Positions 1-12,000 of a stretch of 64,000 nucleotides of DNA are shown in pieces. This DNA comes from Selaginella moellendorffii (Eukaryota; Plantae; Lycopodiophyta): NCBI RefSeq assembly GCF_000143415.4, contig NW_003314324.1, positions 124,001 to 188,000 on the forward strand, given 5' to 3'. Position 1 is the first letter of the stretch. Each line of letters begins with the position of its first letter. The notes below the pieces were generated by a model that was not told the origin of the DNA, made no database searches, and was given only the letters and a program-made list of their open reading frames with translations. A program made the translations under genes and the position numbers.

Positions 1-842
1 AATGAGCAACTACTTGATCTCCTCTTGTCTATTGTGGAAGTTAATCCATCAATCTCTTTCTGAGCTTTTAAGATTCCCTTACGATCCCTGATGGCTTTCT
101 CCAACTCCTTAAGCTTTGGATTGTCCTTGAATGCATTACAAATTCCATCATATGCATCTATCAGACCAATAACAATTGTTTCCATAATGTCCTCCTCACT
201 TTGTGGATAGTCGATTGCAGCAAGCTTGTTCACCACGTTTTTCACTCTTGTAAGGAATTGAGAGCCTGTCTCAGATTCAAGCAATCTCATCCTATGAACC
301 TCAGAGAAACTTTTAAGGCAAAAGTCTTCTCAAGAAAAGTATTCTTTAGCTCCTTCCAAGCATGATAAGCTGATGGTGTAGAAGTCACAAATGATTTGTC
401 ACCATTGTCCATTCTTTTCAGCATCATGATCTTGGCTTTGGACTCACGCTGCCTGAATTTTTAAAATCTCACTCATACTAATCCAGATCCTCGTCAAAAG
501 CCACTTCATCTAGCCATTGTGGTGTTATAATCTCCCCAAACACAACGTCCTAAACTCCACTACACCCTTGAAAACAAAGCTCCATTTCTGCAAACCAAAT
601 GTGTGCATTTTCAACAGAAAGCTTAGCAATCCTCTCATCACTAGTGTTTCCCATTGTTGAAGAAAGCTAAGCACAAGAAACTACACAAAAATAAAGTAAG
701 GACCCACTCCAATACCATATTGAGACAAGAAAAAGAGCACACTAAAAGTATCTCCTCTCCAACTACACTCTTTATATACTCCATGGTGTTTCATGATGTT
801 CCAGTGTCTTGTCCTTTGACGTTCTCTTGGCTATACCCAACA
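1..842 (-). mobile_element. Ty1/Copia LTR retrotransposon, 5' end (short LTR 721-842, PBS, degenerate gag running off the window)
   Basis: TG...CA segment 721-842. Adjacent minus-strand TGGTATTGGAG is a degenerate tRNA-iMet PBS. Minus-strand translation from ATG 654 gives MGNTSDERIAKLSVENAHIWFAEMELCFQG...*DVV and later FLTRVKNVVNKLAAIDYPQSEEDIMETIVIGL, which resemble Copia Gag. Stops are present. Confidence 0.7.
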
Positions 843-1618
843 GTAGTGAACAGTTAATGATGAAAGGATTGGAAAATTTCTTGCAAGAGCCATAACAACT
901 CGTATCACTGAGCCTCAAAAACATGGATTCAAGTTCCATAGATGTGTTCACCTCAAGGGTTACACACTTCAGTCTCAACTTGCACAATATGACTAACATT
1001 GTTTAAGAGCTTGGAGCAGCTGTTCCAGCTCTTGTCTAGGTCCCAACTCCAATACCTGGCTGTAGAAAGGTCCAATTTGGTGCCATTGAGTGAGCAGCCA
1101 AAGGTGGTTGCATTTTTTTATGATAACATCAAATGCTTGTTGGAGGTGTTGGAGCTCACTAGATGGGAATCAGCGGCATACTTGTCAGTAACATATTGCA
1201 GCTCAAGTTTTAAGCTAAGAAGGCCACATGCCAGGTTCCAAAAAGCATCAGCTAAGGGATGTAAGATTTTCCAATTGCATTTCACAATCCCGAGGTCCAC
1301 GATGTTACATGCTCGAGAAGTAATGATCTTAAAGAAATGCTTGCAGATATATGTAATTGTGAGGCTTCTCAGTGACACTAAACTTGTGGGCACTGTTTGA
1401 GCAAACTCCTCCTAGTTTCCTTTGAAGCACCCTAGAAACTCGAGCTCTTCTAGCTTGCACCTGGGATATTTCAATGTCTCAATTAACAAGCATATGCTGT
1501 CTAATGTTCCCTCATTCGAAGGAGTGGCACATTCCATAACCATGAGCTTAGTAAGTTCTGTAACCTGTGTCCGAGCATGGCCATTCGTCTACCATCTCAA
1601 GTTTCAAAGTTTCCAAGC

Positions 1619-4600
1619 TGTCACGAATGTGACTTTGGGTATCGAAAGTTACCTGTCGACCAGTCCTTACGGACACTCTTACCTTACTGCCATGACGGTA
1701 GGAGGTTGGTATTGCTGAACCCTTTATTAGTCCCTCTTGTGCTAGTGGAGTTAACTGGGCATTTCGAGTGTACTTAAACCGGACGAGCATAAGGACGGAA
1801 TTCTTACGTGTTATTAGCTAAGCATACTTAGCCCGGTAAGGAGTTTCCGTCTCATTATGTCTTGCACTGGCTAGTGACAAGAACCCTCGCATATTGAGAT
1901 TGGTCCCTCAATATCGCTAGATGATAGCTTACCGTGTCTGCCAAACACCCTCGCTATCATGCCCTTTGTGTTAGTCTCATTTCGGTCCCAAATACTATTT
2001 ATGGAAAGTGTTTAAATTCACTCATTTGGCATATCTANNNNNNNNNNNNNNNNNNNNNNNNNNNNNNNNNNNNNNNNNNNNNNNNNNNNNNNNNNNNNNN
2101 NNNNNNNNNNNNNNNNNNNNNNNNNNNNNNNNNNNNNATGGCATGTGTCATATGGCATAAAGAGGGTTTAGGTTCCGCTTTGTGGTGTTATCCTATGGTA
2201 AATCACCATAGGATAAAGGGTCAAAACCACGTGCGCTACATTTGGTATCAGAGAATGAGTCTCGGCGAGAACTATCCAATGAGATTGGGCAACTAGTCTC
2301 GTTGCATACGCAGAGATGAAAACGATGATCCGAGTGGGTACACGTTTGAGTGCAAAGGCTTCGCAATTAGTTCCTTGGGTATGGATATGGTTACCTTTTT
2401 GGTCCATATTATGTGAGCTTGCTCTTGGGCTCATAGGATGGACTGAGTTGTTTTGTTTACACGAGTTTGCGCTTGAGCTCGTGAGTGAGGCACATTAGCA
2501 ACTCGAGATTACACTTTGAGTTGGCAGGATTAATGTTAGCCTATTGGTGGTTCCATGAGTTGTTCCATATACCATGGGTGAAAATAAACTTTCCCTGGGT
2601 TTGCTATGAGTGGCAAATAGGCTGGTCCGTAGCTGTTTAGCACGGCACTAGTGGATCCTTCCTAGGCATGATTATAAGTGGATCAATCAAGACTGTAGGG
2701 AATAGTCTATTGGTTCAAGTAATCATTGCCGTGCTCTCTCATAAACTTTTCTTGGATTGAACTGAAGGCAGTGTGAAAGCAAGCTTGAGGTTTAGTCAAG
2801 ATGAGGCCGAAAAGAGAGTCGTCAAGGATGAAGGATCAAACACGTAAATCATTTTCTCTTCTTGGAGAGATGATCTGCAACAAGGTGTTAACTCATTGCT
2901 TGTGTTCACATCGTGCAATCAAGAGTCCCTATCTTGATGCATGTTGGAGATGGTGGTCTTACAATGGTGAGTTATGGGATGGATAGTGGTGAAACACTAA
3001 ACCATTTTGTCTAGGCTCGCTATTGGAAGACTTGAGTTGCAATGCTCAATTCTTTTCCGGGGAACCTTGCTATTGCTCCTTGAGTAGCTTGGTGTTGGAT
3101 TAGTGTTAAGTTTGGTCGGAAAGAGAGTGGCATGAGCTTGTCTATGTTGAGAACAAAAAGTTAGTGGTGTTGGGTGTTGTAAATCTCTATTGGTGGGGTG
3201 TGGCATTTATGTTGCATTTTGTCGAATCGAGTTGACACTTGATATTCACATAAACCTTTGAAGTAATGACATGGGCATTGCTCATAGTGTTGCTTGATTA
3301 ATGATCAAATCATTATGATTTATATCATATCCATGTGATAATGAGCAATGTGTTTACGAAGTTGCTTGGGTAAATGATGATCAACCCCAAAGTGGTTGAT
3401 GGAGAAGATAGTCTACTTGTACGAAGTAGTATTGTAGTAGTTTTGACTGGATTTTCAATGGTGGTCCATTATGCTAAACTTAAGTTGGTACCTTGTTTCC
3501 TTGAGTTTGCCCATTAGGTGTTGGAAAAGGGTTATATCATTCACTTGTTATGGCTTGTCAGTTGACCCGTTAGCACTTGGAGTAGATTGTTGGATGGAGA
3601 AGATATGTAGTTGAGGCATTGACATTGCTAGCACTTGTGTTAGTGGAAGTGGCATTGTTATTTCGAGTGATGAGGAAGTTTTCCTTGGACCTTGATTTTC
3701 TATGTCATTTTTCTTGTTAGTGTTTTGGCTTCACATTGGATCTTGAAGGTGATTGAAGAAGAGTGTTAGTGCAATGTGGATATCCGAAGATGTGGTCTTC
3801 GTGATCAAGCCTTGGATGTTCATTTTGCACTTTGCGGATGTCGGTGTTGGATATCGGTTAGATGGGTAAAGATATTCGATGCTTAAGCATATTGATGGAT
3901 CATGAGAATTTGTGTTGAGGTGAACCTATGTGAAGTTGTTAGTAGGAGGAAGTTGGTTGAGTCTTGAAGTTTGCATTCTTGGACTGAGAGTCATTCTTTC
4001 TCTAGGATGGAAAATTTTCCACAAATTTTCTTAGACTTCCCCAATGGCTAATCTGTTGATCACTTTGCTGAAAACCATTCCATTTTCGTAAGCCAGTATA
4101 AACTAGTGAAGGGGTTGACGTTGACTTCAATCGGCTTAAACCTTAGTAGATAGTTTGTATGATGCGGCCTGAAAGGGATGCTAACTTTTGGGGCTAAGGC
4201 AATTGAGTTGGATAGAGTCTGGAGTTAGTGTAGAAAAGTGGCTGTTGCGCTTTTCTAAGAAGGGTGACCCTTGTGCCTTTCTTTTGTAGCATTATGCTCG
4301 GTGGCAGGTTGCACCTTGCATTTCACTAAGACTCTATGAGAGTAGTGAGCTCTCACTAATCTTGACTTAGTCTTGGTAGCCTTGCGCCTTGGCTGAGGAT
4401 GGTGATGTCCAACTTAGTTGTTTGAGGTTGAGATGTTAGTACCCGTACTATAACTTTGTCTATGAGGAGGTTGTGTACCGATATGAGTCCATCTCATGGT
4501 CTTCACTTTAGTTTCGACTAAGTGTTGATCACATAGCTAGCCTTTTCAAGGCATGCTCAGAGCTATTGATTAAATGCATTAGTGAGCTTATTGCAGTTGA

Positions 4601-7600
4601 GTTGGATTCGAGTGGTCATTTAGTTTGTGCTTGTCTATGAACTTTTATCTCGTACTTGGGGTATTGTGTTCATGTTGGACAAGTATGTAACTCGATGACG
4701 TGAGTGTAAACTCCTAAATTTGGACTTCCCGGGAGGTCACCTAGCCCAGTACTATTCAAACCCAAGGACGGTTAACCCCAAATATCCCAAGACCCTTAAC
4801 TGATTGGAAAAGGGGGTGCACTCTTGTTCATGGGCCCTTTCCCTCTATATTTGAACCCCTATGGATCGTCTTTCGAGTTGTTCCTTTTGGTTGCTTACAA
4901 TGAGTTAGTGTTCGGGTCTTATGAAGGCAAGTTGAAGGGTGATTGTTAGTTACTTTGCGACTAGTGATTACTTGTAAACTTTGTCAAAAAGACTGTTGAT
5001 ACTTGCTTTGCTCGATGATGATTTAGCAATGATGGGCTTGCTTTATCGGATGGTGTTGAGGAGGATCGTGTCGTTAGACTTGCATGAGTCTTTCATGTTG
5101 GCATGTCGACTCTACCTTTGTTGATATCATTTGGTTACATTTAGTCCGTAGTGTTAGATTTCATTGAGTCTTGGACGTGGTGAATCACTCCTTGATGAAG
5201 TGTTATCTGTAACTGAGTTTTATTGGAGGATTGGTCTCGGATACTGACTAAAGTATCTTCGACTTTGGTTAGCTTGGTTGCTGGAGAGTTTTGAGTGGTG
5301 ATTCACTCATGCTTTCTTCTAGCTTTGTTTTGGTGTTGATGGTATTGAAGTGATGCTTTGTTATTGACATTGTTGATATTGAGATATGAGTGAAATGAGA
5401 TATCCTTCCAAGGATTGATATTGAGTTTCATTAGTCTTGATGAATATAGTGTTGATGATTTGGCTATAGCTTTGTGTTGTTGGCATTCGTGCATTTGCTA
5501 GTTAGCAGCTGTGTTGACGTTCAAACAAACTGAGTGGCAAGTTGAGTTAGTTGTGTTCTAGATGAGATTATTTAGTAGAGGGTTGAGCTTTAGCTTTTCC
5601 TTGAAAAGTGATTTAGTCGTGGACTATGCTAACTCTACGAGAGGAAGAGTTAGTGATCGATATTAGAATGTTGAGTCCTTGCTGGATTTGAGTTCGGGAT
5701 ATAGCGATCATTAATGATTCTTTTTGGGCTTGTTATAAAGTGAGTTATGTCTTGCTATAGATGGATTCATGGAGGATCGTTTGATGATCACTTGTTGAGT
5801 ATAGCTTCGTTATACTTAGCTTTTGGATTGATGCAAATATGCTCTTCATTAACTTTGGCATTATGAAGTTTGGCTTATGGATGTGTTGAGGAAGATATTG
5901 TGAGTTACATCACGATTTCTTCTTTCACATTAAAGTTAGCTTTTATGAGACTTGTGATCATTATTAGGCAAGACTTGGCTATAGGCTTCTTCGAGCTTTG
6001 GTTCTTTGAGTATTATGCTCATTGTTCCATTTGTTAGAAGTTGTTGGGGAAAGCATTTTGGCTCATTAGCTTCGATGTTGAAGTTAGCTTTTGCATCTAG
6101 CAATCATTGGTGATGATTGACTATCATCTAGGAAAGTTGATTATCCTTGTCAAAGGTTTTTCTTGATTATCGTTGATCTAGAATGATTTGCCATTCTTCG
6201 GGATGGTGGATTCTTTCTTCAATGACGATTATGCATCTCTTTATTGATGGGATGATTGATGATCTTTCATGATGGTTAGTTGTTCTCTTTAATGGCTTAT
6301 GGCTTTTTGCAATACCACATATTCTTTGTGGTTTGCTCTGGATTGGTCTCTTGGTTTGAGACATCAGTAGGATGTTGCTAACACTTGCTTGAGCAACTCT
6401 GGTTCCTTGGTATTGTTGACTAAGATCTATTTAGATTTGCTAGTGCAATAGTTGATATGAATAAGTGTTTGTTTGCTTTGCAACATTCATTTTGTTCTGT
6501 TGATTATTGCTCGAGTTAGTTCTCATAGATTCGGATGTTATGGCCTTCGGGTGAAACATTCACGAGCATTGTGCTTGTTACTCAATAATACTTTGTGTTC
6601 TTTGAGTTATGTTTTGTGAGTTGTTTGGCATGCTATCTGCCATTTTCGATAGTTAAGTTTCATCATTGAGTTTCCTTGATGATCTACTTGCTATTGAATT
6701 TTGTTGGATGGTGATTCCTATGTTTACCAATTATAGTGAGCTTGGTGGTTCCTATACTGTAATACTAGTTTATCGGATGATAACTTCCTTGGAATAATTT
6801 TGTGTTCTAAACTAAGATATATTCACTGATAATTAAATCTCTCAGATATCATTGTCTATGACTTTGATATAGTCCCTATATTGATCTTTGAGTTTGGGCC
6901 AGTATAGGCAGACTGGCTTCGGCACTTCGTGTGCATGGTGAAATCTCTAGTTATGGGGTAGCTACTGTCGATTGGTCACATAACCCGCCTCTCTGTCGAT
7001 GTTCCTTATTCCGTGAAAGGGCGTGACCGTGTAAACAACTCTACACTGCCTGTTGACAGTAGTCTATCTAAACCTTACCAACGGGTTTGGTTTCTTTGCT
7101 CAAGAGGGTTGGGGCCTCTAGCTTTTCTCTCTATGTCCTTGCGGGCAGGGGCATATCACACTTTTGTAGCTGGGTGACACCCAGAGCAGCAAGGGTGGCT
7201 GACTCCGTTGGTCATTTCTTTGTCGGTGACGGCCGGAAGGTGTCTGAGTTGGTAGTGCATCCGCGTTAGACAAAGAGGTTGCCCCCTAACTCATTTAAGT
7301 TGGTGCATTTTTCACATAGTGTGAGTACCGTTAACTTTTTCTGGAGTTGTTTCCTTGGCAGTATTCTAAACTCGAGTATGCATCGACGAGGACGTCAATC
7401 TTCCCTAGGGGGGGAGAGTGTCGTGAATGTGACTTCGGGTATCGAAAGTTACCTGTCGACCAGTCCTTACGGACACTCTTACCTTACTGCCACAACGGCA
7501 GGAGGTTAGTATTGCTGGACCCTTTATTAGTCCCTCTTGTGCTAGTGGAGTTAACTGGGCATTTCGAGTGTACTTAGACCAGATGAGCATAAAGGCGGAA

Positions 7601-8554
7601 TTCCTACGTGATATTAGCTAAGCATACTTAGCCCAGTAAGGAGTTCCCGTCTCGTTATGTCTTGCACTGGCTAGTGACAAGAACCCTCGCGTATTGAGAT
7701 TGGTCCCTCAATATCGCTAGATGATAGCTTACCGTGTCTGCCAAACACCCTCACTATCATGCCCTTTGTGTTAGTCTCATTTCGGTCCCAAATGCTATTT
7801 ATGGAAAGTGTTTAAATTCACTCATTTGGCATATCTATGGAATGTAGAGATTGGCCCGAACACAATGGTGTTCGTCCCGTGTCCAAATTCACAATCTAGG
7901 GATATTCCATATTTAGTAAGTTTCAAGCTTGTCCCAGAAACTAACTCCTGATACTAAGGGAGGCTTGGGGTGAAAGCCCAAAGCGTGTGTTCCTCAAGGG
8001 GGGGGGGGGCGCTATAGGGGGTTCCAAATGTATAGTAGGGATAGTGGGTAGGTCGGGCATGGCCGACCAAGTTGAGGCATAGTTTAGCTCCCACTTGCGT
8101 GCTTGTCCTTGTTCTGTGTCCGGCTTGGGTCTAAGCCCAAGTTCCATACCATGCTAGTTGGTGGGGTACCCATATCCTCGCATTAAGCCACTGATATGCC
8201 GAAATAGTGCTAGACTCCGTTTGGCTCCATTTTGCGTGCTGGTCCTAGCAATGGGATGCTGGTTACTCTAGGACTGTTCCAAGTCGCTCCGGGCTCCTGT
8301 TCCTCACTCCTTGGGCTTTATGCTCGGGAGTTGCTCTGTGGTTCGGTTCCATCACTCCTTGGTTCCATGCTTGGGAGTTTGGCACCATTCTTTCGTTCAG
8401 TGGCCCAAGGCCCTGAACCTCGAATTCCTATGGACACGTGGCATGTGACACATGGCATATGTCACATGGCATAAAGAGGGTTTAGGTTCCGCTTTATGGT
8501 GTTATCCTATGGTAAATCACTATAGGATAAAGGGTCAAAACCACATGTGCTACA
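1619..8554 (+). mobile_element. Non-autonomous Gypsy-derived LTR element (LARD-like), family A, copy A1
   Basis: LTRs at 1619-2240 (contains a gap) and 7419-8554 with TG...CA ends. PBS TTTGGTATCAGAG at 2241, PPT AGGGGGGGAGAG before 7419, TSD CAAGC (1614-1618 / 8555-8559). The 5.2 kb interior has no long ORF. Confidence 0.93.
4705..4899 (-). mobile_element. Solo LTR of Cassandra-like TRIM carrying a 5S rRNA-derived segment
   Basis: TGTAAA...CTTACA ends. Minus strand GGTTAACCGTCCTTGGGTTTGAATAGTACTGGGCTAGGTGACCTCCCGGGAAGTCC resembles the plant 5S internal control region. TSD GTGAG/ATGAG; the empty site ATGAG is seen in copy A2 near 54683. Confidence 0.88.
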
Positions 8555-9001
8555 CAAGCCATTTGGTATGCAATTGGAGATGCAATCCAAAACTGCTGTA
8601 GAGTTTCAGAGATTGATTGTCATGAAGTTGAGATGCTTGATGCACAAATTGGCGAAGTGATGGATGCATACATACCCTTGAAGTTAGACCTTCACAGCTT
8701 CCTTATCTACAAGGAAGCTGGAGCAATGGAGCAATGCCAGTAAGATCTCTTCACGAGGGAAAGCTAGTTGTGCAGACCTGAAAATACTATTGAACTTGTT
8801 GCTGTGACTGAGGTGAGTCAATCTCTGTCTTATGGGTCACTTTGATGCTTCAATTACTTGGCTCCAAAGATATTATCTTTTAACACCACAAAAACTATAA
8901 TATAAAAGAAGTGGAGGCTTATAAGTGGCCAATGGAAGATGAGCATTTGAAAAATTTTAGAACCTAAAATAAAAATAAAATTTATTTATTTATCAATGTA
9001 A

Positions 9002-12000
9002 TGTGAGTGCTTGGAATATGGAAAAGGGAATACAGAAATGTGCATCTCAATTAGCCCAAAAACCCTAGCTTATATACAAGAGCAAGTGGTCCGGATTGAA
9101 ACTAATCCGACGGCTACCAAAATCCCACTACGCTAATTTTAGTATACGGCATCGTAGCTGTACACTTGGCCCTCACATCATCCCCTCCTCTCGAAATAAT
9201 GGAAGACCATCAAGGTTCTCTTGTAGACGGGCCGAGATCTGGAGGAACATCAGGAGGAGGCATCGGCGGATTTGTAAATGGTATTAACTGCTCCTGATCC
9301 CTTTGTATAAAGCATTTCAACTGCTGCACATGCACAATCTCTGGAGGATCGGTCTGCTGGACGTCATGCCAAACCTCATAAACTTGTGGTCCAACTTGCC
9401 ATAACACCCGATATGGTCCTTTCCATTGTGCAAGGAGCCCCTTAGATAAACCACGTACCGTAAGATGGGGAAAATGGATTAACACCAAATCATCCACTTT
9501 GTACTCCGCAGGTGGACGATGATGGGAGTTGTAGCACCGTTGTTGTCCCACTTGTACGCGGCCTAAGTGTTCGGTAGACTCCACTTGGACAAGTGGAAGA
9601 ATGCTTGTCAAATATTGATCCCATGACCTAGCATCCGCAGCTCGTGGCAATCGTGAAGGTAAACCCAGCTCCATTGGTAATATTGGATTATGACCATATA
9701 GGAGTTTATATGGTGAAGCACTAACAGAACTCTACACCCTAGTGACATATGCATACCGAAGAGACGGCAAATAACCATCCTAATCCGAATGCTAAAAGTT
9801 CACATACTTCGCAATCATCCCCTTGAACGTTCGAATGAGCTGTTCCACCAGACCATTTAATTGTGGATGATAAGCACTCGTGAAAGTGTGGCGAATCCCC
9901 AACTGAGACGTCAAAACATGAAATGCCTCAGCCATAAATGCGGGACCATTATCTGAAAGAATCCACTCTAGACAAGAATGCTGGAACACCACTCGATTGA
10001 GGAGGAAGTATCCAGCAGTAGTTGCAAAGGCGCTAGCAAGAGCACCAACTTCCTCCCATTGAGTCAAATAGTCAGAAGCAATAATAACATACTCATTGCC
10101 AGCAGTTGACCGTGGAAAAGGTCCCATAAGATAAACACCACCAACTCAAACGGACGGGAAACTGCAATTGACTCCAACCGTCCTTCCGCAGCCCGAGGGG
10201 GGGTATTACGAGTTTGGCACCAAACGCAGCTACGCACATACCGGATAATATCACATCGCATCTCCGGCCAATAGAAAGACCTGTGTAGCATCTCGATTAC
10301 ACGATGATATCCCATATGCCCACCTAGAACAAGAAAATCATGGTAGGCATGGAGAAACTGCGGAATAAAGATAGAAGGCACCACCAGCCGTAAATGATCA
10401 TCAGGATCTGTCCCCACAAAATAAAGAAGGCCACCTTCAAGATGATATTGAGAATGTAAATGCCGGAAAGGCAAGTCATCAGCAAGTGATGCAGGATTCT
10501 CAAACCCATCTCAAAGCCTTCGAATCCATAGCTCAATCTTTTGAGCCTCGCGATCCTCATTAAGCAAAGGTACATCTTGCTCTGCACCTTATGGACACTG
10601 AACGTCAAGTACAGCAACCGCCGATGGCACAAAATCCTCATCTAGAAAATCCACAAATGCTGGAATGACAGGCTCGTTAGAAACATGAGAAGAGAATGAA
10701 GAAGGAAGAGAAGCTCGAAAAAGGGTATCAGCATCAGCCATAGAACTCCCTGGGTGATGAATAACATCAAAATCATATATCTAAAGCTTCAAAGCCCACC
10801 GAGCAGTACGACCAACCAGGTTCTTCCGCTTTAATAATGAAGTAACAGCAGCATAGTCACCTTCAAGTAACATCCGAGAACCATGTAGATATACATGAAG
10901 TTTTTCAAAACCCCAAACTGCTGCTAAACACTCCTTCTCTGTCGTGTGGTTCATCTCTGCTTGTTGTAATGTACGGCTTATATATGCAATGGGATGGGGC
11001 TGACCAGGCACACTCGAGCTCTCTTGCATTAACACACCTCCAAGACCAATATCAGAAGCATCCACGCGCAAAATAAAAGGTCGAGTATAGTCAAGATATG
11101 CCAAAACTGGAGGAGTTGTCAATAACTTTTTGAGATCCCCGAACACTCGCTCACAATCCGGAGACAAGATGAAAGATGATGTTGATGACTTCAGCAACGC
11201 TCGCAATGGTGCAGTGCGATCAGAAAGATGATCCACAAAACGTTCGAGATACTGCACCTTGCCCAAGAAGCGCTGCACATCATTCACACACTTCGGAGTA
11301 GGGAACTTTAGAACAGCCATAAGTTTGTCAGGATCAACTTGCAAACCCTCACGAGAAATACGGTTCCAAGATAAGTGGTGTCCTTGGATCCAAACACACA
11401 CTTTGACCGCTTCAACTTTAAACCAACGTCGCGTAACCGATCCAACACTTTACAAACATCACGAATGTGCTCCTCCCACGTCCCCTCCGAGTGGATCAAG
11501 ACATCATTAATGAAGTCAATAGTCACCTCTGGCATATCGCAAAGAACCTCATCCATCATCTGTTGAAAAGTTGCTAGAGCATTGTTCAAACTAAATGGCA
11601 TCACCAAGAACTCATATAAACCAAATGGTGTACGAAAAGTAGTCTTAGGAATATCTTCTTCGGCCATTGGTACTTGCCAGTACCCAAAAGCAAGATCTAG
11701 CTTGGTAAACCAACAACTTCGCCCCAGACAATCCAAGAGATCAGCAGTGTGAGGAAGAGAGTACACATCCGGGATCATTACGTCGTTTAACGGACGATAG
11801 TCGATGTAGAAACGAATACTCCCATCAGGCTTCGTCACAAGATGAGGTTCACATGCCCAAGGACTTCACGACTTCCGAATAACACCCTTCTCCAACATCT
11901 CCTTAACATTTGCACGTAAAATCTTGATCTCCTTTGGTGACCGACGACGAACAGGAACCTTGATTGGACAAACATCCCCAGTTGGAATCGGATGACATGT

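Larger units (their letters stand above)
860..8830 (+). pseudogene. Degenerate host-gene remnant split by LTR element A1 (parts ~860-1618 and ~8560-8830); product unknown
   Basis: Broken ORFs at 999-1400 and 1422-1618. The frame ...HLKFQSFQA continues across the CAAGC TSD as IWYAIGDAIQNCCRVSEIDCHEVEMLDAQ. Confidence 0.35.

Noticed and set aside
4720-4780. 5S rRNA gene
   Set aside because: Only the internal ~55-nt control region is present, embedded in a TG...CA LTR with a TSD.
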